Below are positions 53,968 to 64,000 of a stretch of 64,000 nt of DNA, one piece after another. The first letter of the stretch is position 1. Every line of letters begins with the position of its first letter. The stretch comes from Raillietiella orientalis (taxonomy: Eukaryota). The position numbers and the translations under genes are program-made. Where the stretch lies: assembly GCA_036172245.1 (NCBI GenBank), contig JAYWIR010000014.1, forward strand, positions 2,914,001-2,978,000, written 5' to 3'. The notes beneath the pieces were generated by a model. It was not told where the DNA came from. It did no database searches and worked only from the letters and a program-made list of their open reading frames with translations.

Positions 53968-56900
53968 GGTGCTGACAGCCAAAAAAATCCAAATCTTTAC
54001 AAAAATTAGTCAAATACTTAAGCAAAATGCATGCTTAATGGTCAGATGTTTGTCATCCCTAAGAAACAAAGAAGAAAAAAAAAAATACATCTTCAGTGAA
54101 ACACATGCACACTAGAATTTAAGAGACAAGTTATTGCTGATACAAACAGCATAGTACAGGTACACTGTTTGTATCCACAAATCAGTTCATTCAGTTTTGC
54201 TTTTGTACTTCCACTGCTCATTAATCCAAATTGGTAATTTTTTCCAAAAATGCAGTGCACTCGCAAAATTACTACAGATCCTAATAAAATGGGAATTCTG
54301 CCTTCAGTTCGATTTTATTCTGCTCGTAAAGCCGAGGTATGAAGCATTTTAAGGCAAATAATTTTTTGCTTTGAAATTTTCCAAAGTGCTGCACACACGT
54401 AACAGCACTCAATGAAATTACAAAACTTGCTGCGAAAGGTCGAATGCTGAAAATCACCAAATGAAATTACGGATCAAATTACAAGCCGGCAGACTTCAAA
54501 TTACGTGAAATTCAGCTGCAATGCTTTGCTGCTTTACGCATGGACTTACAAGTAGGGGCTCTCGGAAAAGGAAATACGGGATCACATCACCCAAACTTCA
54601 GATGGAAACGAAATCCCCGCACAAAGTCCTAGCACTTCAACCCACAGCCATAAGGCTCGAAATAGGGTGCACCCCCGGCCCACCGCTTACGGTTGCCTTC
54701 GTAGGCTGTCGTCGTAAACAAAAAGCATCTGTACAAGCAAACCCTTCGGACACACTGATGAAGGCATGGCCCCTGAGGGAAACAGGAAAGTTCCTCATTT
54801 CGGTGGGTGGGGGGAGGGGAGGGGGAAGAAAGAAAGAAGAAAAAAAAAAAACAGCATCCGCAGAATACTGTTTTGGATGAATCGTTTTCAATTGCATTTT
54901 TGATCAAACTAATGTTAGAGGTAATTGCTCGGTCGGACTGAATGGGTGCATTCTGAGACTCTCCAGATTGGTGCCATAACCCATGGAATTGCATGAAGTT
55001 CCACGGAAGATAAAAACCAGGCTGGCTTATAGAGACATCGTAATAAAAAACTCAGCAAATGTGCCTGTGATATGTTTATTCTATTGTGAACTGGAATTAA
55101 CCTGAAATAAACGTATGGGACATGGAGCATCTCGAAAGCAGTATCATTTCGTTATACATGTAATAGTGCTGTCTTAAGTATGGACAGCAATTTTGAAAAC
55201 GTTGTTTATTGTTATCGTAAAATTATTTGTGCCATGTCCTCTTAAACAGCCATATTCAATAGCTCCTGAACCTTCGATTAGAATTTGGCAAAATTTTCAT
55301 GCAAAAAAATAAAATTTATGGTCCTCAGTTTTTATTTAGGAGCTTTCTCGACTCTGCAGTTAAAATGCAAGGATGAAATTTGATTTAAAGCACTTAGAGA
55401 ACTGGACAGTAGAGACAAGAAGCTGTTCAAACTCTTCTAGATAGCTTCTAAACATACAAGTATCAGAAAACTGTGGTGTAGTAATCATCTATGAACTATG
55501 AAAATTGAAAGCAAGAAAAAGAAACAGTTGTCGATGACAGGCAGCATGCCACATGTCCTCTCGTATCAAATCGGAACTGCACATTTTGCTTATATGTTTT
55601 TTGCTTATCTATGTTTGTACTTTCTCAGTCTGTTCATGTTTCTTACTCATTTAAACTGGATCATTTCCTTCATTTGCTTGTATTAGTTTTATCGCTTCAG
55701 AAAACAAGGTATTTGCTTGGCACACTATATGTTTCCCAAGACTGTTGTCCATTTTCTCGATTTTTCTGCCGATGCATTCATAAAAAAACTCTAATAGGTC
55801 TAAAATCAATAGTGATAAAGTACTTTCAAACTTTCAGGATTTTACTTCATAGGTCTGTTTTGTTTTTATTAGATATATCATTAAGATATTTCGGTTTGTG
55901 TACGAATTATAATTATGCTTCGAAGCATATCAACTAACTATAAACATTATAAACGAAGGAACTCTCCAGTACTTTTCACCGGGAACATTTCTTAATAAAC
56001 GCAGTGCTGCCAATTATCTGCCTGTCTAATGACCTCGTGTTTTCTTGAAGGGAAGGGCAATTATGAAACGCTTGACTTTCTTGACTATACGCAATTAGGA
56101 AATCGAAAACAAGGCAACTTTGGTCGACATTCTCTACTTTTTGCCACCCTTTTTTCCATTTTCGATTTTATGAATACTTTTTGCTGTTCCTTGTTTTTCA
56201 TGCCTGTGATTTCATACTGGTTAAAAGTTAACGTGTACTTATAGCTCTTAACTTTTCTGTTTTTCTTAGTCAAATAGTAAAAACAATCATGAGGTATGGA
56301 AGAAACTTTCGTGAGTCTACCTTTGCTTAGGGATTCAAAATTAGTTCTGAAATCAACTGACTTTTAACTTGAAAATTAGAATTTCATTTTCATATGTTAT
56401 TTCACTAGGGTTATATGGTGTCATCACTAAATAATTCAGGAAAAAGTTGTAATTCCAAAAGATCTGCATGAACAAAATTAAATTTTGATTACTCTATGTT
56501 TTTGTTAGCCTTATCTTCCAGTAGAGAATATGGCGTGAAAATCTTAAATCTATGAAAAGGGCAGTGATGATTGCGGGAGCGTCGATTTCATCGATGATGA
56601 AAGCTGAATTTATGCCCCGAATGTGATTAAATCAAAGTAGCAACCTCAGTCTGCTATTAAAGACGCTGATTAGCAACACTGTACATAGCTTCCTTCAATT
56701 TCAATGTCGTACCATAGAAAACAGCTACAAAACAGCCCAATTCTAAAACTCCGAACAATCGCTTAAGATTCAAGTTTATGATGCGGAAATGAAGATCTAC
56801 ATGAAATTTCAAATAAAAGGAGAATTATTTCGTGAAGTCCAGTACTAATTCTGTATTTAGTACATACATACTTTCATTTTAATTCTTGGAGAACTCTTTT

Positions 56901-57292
56901 GTGCTTCCAACTTTTCACGTCCTATCTCGAGGAAACACTTTTTCAGATATTTGTACATCTTTTCGATTTGAATCTGAATCGATGTATTCCCTCTCTTTCG
57001 AATTGTTTTTTTCTGAGGATCAGATGATGAACTCATCACCGATGACCAGATGATACAAATACTTTGAAACATTACGGGAAAACTTTTCAAGATTCATAGG
57101 GTTGATAAGATACTGAATCGTTAAGATCATAAACCAAAACACCATTTCCCTCATGTGCACCTCGATATATTTCATATCTTATATACCTTGAGTTGAAAAA
57201 AAATACAATTTCACAAACTCCCCTTCTATTATTTAATAACAACATATACGTGAACTAGTACCAATCCTGGCGATGAAGCACCAATCCTGTTA

Positions 57293-60156
57293 TTAGGTTT
57301 CTTGTTTTAATGCATCCTCAAAGAGATTCAATAAACGTTTAATTTCTTTACTACAAAAAATAAGGAAATGTTCTCACAAAAATAAACTTGAATATTAAAA
57401 AAAAACAAAGGTTCTGACAACAATCTCATCCAAAAATACAGAAAGCAGTTTTGCAGGAATTTATTTTCGAAAATTGCACGAGTTCTATTTAAATGCTGAT
57501 CAAATTTCCAGAGAAGGAAATACATTTGAAGAATACATTAGAAACGTACATTCTTATCACTAGGTCTCTTTTAAGGTATAATTCAATGTGCTTTATACAT
57601 AATAAACATATATTAATGAATAGTTCATCACTATTGGACAAATATCTATTTTTATACATGCATACCATCACATAAAAATTTATAGTTACAGGCCTTGAGC
57701 CTGATCCATTTCACCACATATACAATCATCATTTACTGCTCGATTCCATATTAATGAACAAATAATTACCAGTCTAATTCATACAATCGTTTCAGAACAG
57801 AAATCAAAGCAGTAAATGAATGCTTTTTAAACAGATCACATACTTTCAATAATACAAAAATAAATTATATACCAGCTTAATAGTAACAAATGCTGGTTTA
57901 AGTAGAGTGCACAAGGATATGAAAAACAATGATAATTTGTATGGTTACTAAAAACTTCCTGATCTTGATCTCCATACCTGAAGGAAATAATACAAAAGAG
58001 TGGGGGGGAAACCATACAGGTATTTGCTCAATTTCACAAAATACTACAACAGGAATCATGCAACACACAATACTTTAAAATCCGTAAATGCAATGAGAAC
58101 AATAGTAATGAATAATCGGCAAAACCACTTCATAGTTACTAAACAATCTTTGCCATTTGAGAGCCTTTAAAAATCTGCAACTTGAAGGAAAAATTAATCA
58201 CAAAGTTCTCAACATCACAGAAGATTGATAAAATAAAGCCTTCAGAGTTTTTGTTTTTCTAATTCTTTTTTTTCTAGAAACGAGCTCTACATTTTTATTA
58301 ACATATGATTAGATATAGCTTAGCATTTTCTACTTAAAAGTAGTCAACTGAAAACATTAAACACACCAAACCAACCCATAATGGTATAATACAGATGCAA
58401 TGAACTCTTAAATTGAAATTCCCATAAGAATTCAAGACCAAGACTATAAAATAAATGCCTGCTATTTTATAATTCAACATAAAATAGAAATAATAAATAC
58501 CACAAAAACTTATAAGTTTCTTCATAAAATAAATTGGGCAATGATTTTTATTCAATTATATATTTTTTAAATAAACTACCTTCTAGAAAATACAACAAAC
58601 AAATCTGGTACTCACACACCTTCACTTTAAAAAAGGATACATATGTTCTGCTATTTGATAAACTGGTGCAGATGCTTTTAGCAATTCTTCCGTTTTCGCC
58701 ATTAATTGATATGAAAGCTACAAAATAATAATGTACTGAATGAATCAGTAAACAAAATATTTCAAAAACTGCATGGAAGACACCTTAAAAACACTCAAAA
58801 ATTATTTACACTACTCTGATTTGTATTCACTTGCCAAATATAAGAAAATTGGAATATTTGGGGGGAAAAGGGCAATTCCTGTCTTATTTTCCAGCTTTTA
58901 TATTTTTTACTTTTAAGTTTTCTAGAATAATATTCATCACAAATTAAATCACATCAGTCCTTACAATGAAAGCTTTATTTTGAAATTAAAGGGAATCTAG
59001 TTGATTCAGTTCAATTTAAAATTATACTCTCTTGAAGATAATTTGGAAAATGGACTTCATCTTTGAAACAATTAAGAAAAGAATATTAGTAGAGTAAAAT
59101 ACCATTTTCTTCGAATGCCTTGTTAATCATTCCAAATGGAAAATTCAAAAATGAGAATTTTTTTCACGAAAATTCCAAGAAAGAAACAAAGGTGCAAACT
59201 TAAATTTACATGAAAACCGAAACTGTTTTGAAACATAGTAGTGCACAATCCAGTCTTATCTTAAAGTCTTTAAGCTCAAATAAAACTACAAGTTTAGAAG
59301 ATTAAGTGATTAGGAAAATGACTACATCTACAACTTAAGTGGCTACTAGATCCTCCGAAAAGAAATAAATCAACATAATTGCAAATGAGGATTTTTTTTT
59401 TTTAAAAAAAAAAACAAGCAAAACTACCCTCACATGATGGGAAAACTACACAATAGTATAGGGCAGGAGGAACTAGATAACTACACAAAAGTGGCAAACT
59501 ATATATAGACAGTAGATCTTCATAAACTTGGGTAAACAGCAAAATTCTACCAGAACAGAAATACAATTCTAATTATACTTAGTAATTGGGAAAATAACCT
59601 GAGTTAAAATTGTAATCAGAGCCTTCAAGGATAGAGTAAAACATACTCTGATGATCAAACCAAAAAGAGAACTTGAGCACCTTGAAAATCCAGTGAAGAT
59701 CATAACAGAAATCATCACTAAGCTCACAACATACATGACACTGCAAGTAAAACACTTACTAAATCTATAAAAACAACATAATCACTTATTTTGAACATGA
59801 ATCGGAAAACTTTGCAGAACTAATACATATTTGTCAGATTTGTGATTTATCATATGACTACATTTTGTTAAACCTAATTTTGCTTTTACCTTAATATTAG
59901 AATCTACTTTACTGCAAGCTTTTATCATCACATTCTTATACATTTCAACAGTGTTCCAGGCTTGACATGACATCTACAATGAAATCATAATTTAGATGTG
60001 CCCTAAAGTAAATGCATAAATTAAATGCAATACCACATGAAGACTTTCAGTGAGACTTTCAGTGACATGATCCAAGTTTTCTACTAATAGTATGGCATCT
60101 TTCTGTAGATCGCTCAATAAGTCTGACAACTGGGCCAGTTCGGTTCCATCAGACAT
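57293..60156 (-). CDS. BORCS6: BLOC-1-related complex subunit 6 (BORCS6/lyspersin/C17orf59-like), ~113 aa, 4 exons
   Basis: Exons 60156-60034, 59973-59890, 58717-58641 and 57350-57293; GT-AG introns, 342 nt. ...LSDLQKDAILLVENLDHVTESLTESLHVMSCQAWNTVEMYKNVMIKACSKVDSNIKLSYQLMAKTEELLKASAPVYQIAEHIKEIKRLLNLFE... fits the BORCS6 C-terminal coiled-coil (Y...V...C..VD.NIK..Y.LMAK.EEL...P...A..IK.IKR.L). The true start may lie upstream (acceptor at 60218). Confidence 0.88.
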
Positions 60157-61949
60157 AATGTTTATTAAAATCTCACTTTCCCCCAATATAGCAATACTTT
60201 TTTCACAAAGCCCACATCTAAAATTCTTAAATTAACGAGACCTACTTCCATTAATATCCAGTACATAGATACCCAAAGTTATTATGGATTAAGCAAGGAT
60301 TAATTTTTCCTGGAACAAGGAACAATCAAGATTATTACTGATGATGGCAAGTAACACAAGGAAATTGACTAAGATAAACAGGTTTCTACACCAACTCAGT
60401 TATTTTGCAACTGGGATTATGACCCCGAACTATTTTCTTTTGTCTTAAAATACATCACTTTTTAATATATTAGACTTTGCAAAACATGAACCAATGTAAT
60501 CCGAGTATGATCATCCTCAATGACTTGCTTCAAAAACAGAATTCTTTGGACTATTTTTGGTTTATTCCTCAATCTACTTTCTCCATTAAATAAATACATA
60601 TTCTCAGAACACATTGACAAATTTTTAAGATATTTTTAAGATATCTAGCCAAGATAAAGAACTTCCTAGTCCAGTAATGTCACATTGACAACTTTAATAT
60701 CACCCCAAATAAGCAAGGTTCATGGTCATATATTGATTTATTTGCATGCTGCTCATTGATTCCTCACGATTTATTGAAATGTCCTTTACGATTTCTCGAT
60801 CAAATGCACATTTTAACACAATGTTTTGCTCCAAGACACCGGGTGAGTGGCTGCCTAAAGAAACTTATTACGTCCAACCATACATAGGCATGTTTACATG
60901 ACAAAAAAAATAAATTGCATCCTTCCTCACATTCTTCGAAAAAAAGGCGTTGTAAAATCTAAACTCAGTATTCTTCAAGTTTCATCTTTCCACTCTACAC
61001 TAACATGCGCATGAAAGCAAGTGATATGCTCTTGCTAAATTTCTAGGCATCTCCATCGACCCAAATTTCTCGTAAAGTCGATTCCAAAATCCTAACCTTT
61101 AGAGTTTTTTATTTTAGATATGTAATTTCTTTTTTTTTTTTGGCAATTATAGTTCCTTTGGTATTCCTTCAAATTCCTATGTATCTCTATTAGGTTATGT
61201 TGAATGGTTTACTAGTTTCCAATTTTTGATGCTGTGCGTGGAGAATCTATTTTCTATTTCCAGGTATATTTCACAGCAAACAGCTCCTGGAAATGAATTC
61301 CATTGACCAAGACAAGCAGACACATTCATTCTCCCTCTCTTTTTTTTTTAGATATATCAGTTATTGCAGCCAACGTTGATCGAACTCATTGTGCTTACTT
61401 GATTTTCTGTATGTTCTGAGAAAAGGAATGTCATATGTTCCTGTTTCGAGTGGAACATTATTAGTATTATTATAGACTATTAATTTTTGGTTTTTAAACT
61501 GTGTGTTGAGTTCGATTGGATGATCATATGTTCTTAGAGATGGAATTAATTCGCATCACAGTAAAGTCTCTCTGCATAAATGGAAAACAGAATAAAGGAA
61601 TGAGGTCCCGTTTCTTTCCATTCATTCTAGTCTTCTTCACTTAAAGATTTTGATGTAGAGATCACCAAACCAATCAGAAGTGTTTTGAATGGTAGGGTGG
61701 AGACCGATGTTCGGCACATTTTAGGGAAAGGATGCTCCGTATTTTCGTAACTAACATGGCCCTCTACTACCCTTTGCCCCAATGATGGCTGATATGGTCA
61801 GGCAAGCCTTGGCTTGTCCCTTCATTCAGTGTATGGCCAAGCTAGTGAACTCAGTTTATGTCGCTATTATATGATATATTCGATGATATTCATTGGATGC
61901 TGTGAGACGTTCCATCTTCTCGTTCTACAACCATGGCAGCTGCCTCTCG

Positions 61950-62950
61950 TAACATTTCTCTTTTAGGATCGCAGGATTCTAATGAAGCAATATTACTGAA
62001 GCTTTCAACTGGTCTTGCACATCAGAAGCTTATATGCAAAGAATCATATCATGGAACTTGCCTTCTTTTTTTCTTGGGAGCTCCTAAATGCTGCTATGGT
62101 ATCTTCGAAAGTGAAGGAAAGGTCGTAGATAATCATCTGATTATCTTTTTAAAGGATGACATGTTCCAGGCTTGACATGATGAGGACAGGTTCCAGATAA
62201 AAGTCCTCCATCAGAAACTGCCTGATTGCTGGCAATTAGTTTCATACCTCCCGCTGGCTGTCCTTTCGTTCTCTTAACCAAGGCTTCATGCTGTTGAGTG
62301 TCAAGACGAGAGTGCCAGGTCCGATAATTCACACATCAGCTAATATCTTCCAAACCACCTGGCATCGCTTATAAGACCAGTCTTTTCCTGGAAACTCTAC
62401 GAATAGAGAGAAAAATGACGACTGACGCGAAATCCGGAGAATCTGATGTATTCTATTCATAATCTGATGTATCTGATGTATTCTGTAATGGGAAAATGGT
62501 TCGGAGTCCCATGGATTCCAAATCAATGATCTTCCTTTGGACAGGACCTTATTTGCCTCTTGATATTTGTGTATACCTGTTGGCTCGGTATTAGTCTGTG
62601 AAGGTGTGGTCACCATCGCAATTCTAGTCATTGTCCACTTTGACTTCATTTGTAGTGTCGCTATACTGATTTCGTGAGACACCATACCAAACGCGTTCTC
62701 TGGATCAATGATTCAATGTACAGATCTCTCGGTAGATGTCTGACGTATCCATCCAATCTGGAGAATGAATTTCTGCTCAAGAACATTCTTTTGAGGACAG
62801 ATGATATCGTTCTAAAATTTCTTCTCGAAGCCTGCATAATACTGGCATTCAGTGCATAGACGCCGGATACTGTCCCCCATGGGTTACTGAAATTTAGATG
62901 CTTGTGGAAAGGATGACGGAGAGGAGTCGAACTCAACGTACTCTCTTTTT
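61950..62950 (-). mobile_element. Degenerate non-LTR RT relic, R2/NeSL-like
   Basis: NVLEQKFILQ ~ GC.EH.F.LQ; IIDPENAFGMVSHE ~ LD..NAFGSV.HE; TEPTGI ~ T.PI.I. Stops and frameshifts throughout. Confidence 0.5.
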
Positions 62951-64000
62951 GCTTCCATCATTATATGGTCTTCTTTTTCCGCAAACAGACGTTAAATATC
63001 GAAGCCAGCAACTTTGAAGATCTGCAGATCTCCATCCCGAATATGTAATGCCATCTAAGTTAGGTGATGAATTCTCAAGAGGTGTGAATTCTCATGATAT
63101 CTGAAGAAATTCACCTCAAATATGTCTCCAAAAACGCGACTGCAAAAGAGGCAAAAATGACAACGACATGATCTTGCAGACGCACATGGAGCAACTTGCA
63201 AAATCAATCTGAATCATTTTTTTTTCTGTTTTGAGAAATTAAGAAGCATTCTAACAATGTATGCGAAAATGATCACTTTTGCCAGTTTTGAAGATCATTC
63301 AGTTCTCAATTTATTATCATAAGTTTCAATGGTTATTCAATGGAATATTCGAATAGAAAACATTGAATAGCTAATAAGAGTCATCAATTCGATAGAAATT
63401 TATTTGATGAGATTTCTATGTATGAATTTTGATTTTTAATTTGTCCACCTATAATCTATAGTAAACGTATTTCAGGATGTTCTAATCCGTTTCACGCTCC
63501 ACAAAACTTAAAAGAACTGAGAAATTTTCCCTGTTAACCCAGGATAAGGTTTTATATCTATATTTGTATTCAAAATTAAACTGTAAATTTGTATCTGTTT
63601 TATTTAGTTTTTTTTTTATATCATGATTCATTGAAATCATTCACAAGAACGTGCTGTTTACTATAGAAAGCTTCTAGGCTCTTGCATTATATACTCGGAG
63701 AATTGATAGTCACGTGAAGTATATTTTATCTATTTTATTTATAATTTATGTTTTATGTGTAAACTTTTCGGTATCTTATGAACTTGCTGTAATCGACAAT
63801 TAGAGTTGTATATGAGTTTATTAATGGGTTACAATCTTGAAAACTGGCAGCCCTAGCTATGCCGATGTTTTTGCCGAGTTCGTTCAAAATGTTCGAATAT
63901 GCCCAGCCAGGAATGCAACCGTGCAAGAAAATGCAGATTTCTTGTAGAGTATGCAGACATTCGATGATATAAGTACAACGATTGCAAGATGGTAAAATGT

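Noticed and set aside
56500..57110. Possible extra gene between BORCS6 and RagA (77-aa ORF with a gtatgt donor)
   Set aside because: No recognisable protein and no consistent multi-exon model; cannot be supported without transcript data.

Overview
This is eukaryotic (animal) genomic DNA. The short GT-AG introns and the retroelement mix would fit a nematode-like invertebrate, but that assignment is inference. Base composition changes steeply: very GC- and CpG-rich at the left end (roughly 60-70% by eye), falling gradually to AT-rich (roughly 30%) beyond about 50 kb. The AT-rich end holds two intact, conserved minus-strand genes: a 5-exon RagA/B GTPase (311 aa) and a compact 4-exon BORCS6/lyspersin (about 113 aa), both parts of the lysosomal Ragulator-Rag-BORC machinery. 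The GC-rich part holds an orphan 445-codon terminal exon or ORF, a 2-exon secreted 8-Cys protein gene resembling the Fcp3C family (split across two entries of the ORF track), a histone H4 pseudogene, and many heavily decayed retroelements (Ty1/copia, Ty3/gypsy, BEL/Pao, L1/Tx1-like; an R2/NeSL-like remnant lies in the AT-rich end). The most unusual signals are (i) near-perfect inverted repeats of 35, 77 and 109 bp inside otherwise very decayed DNA, one of them at homologous positions of two inverted BEL relics, and (ii) H4 decay dominated by A/T-to-G/C changes. Together these suggest a domain under strong recombination, GC-biased gene conversion or template switching. Most ORF-track entries left of 50 kb are shadow ORFs caused by high GC. 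TE boundaries are approximate and were recognised by eye from degenerate motifs.
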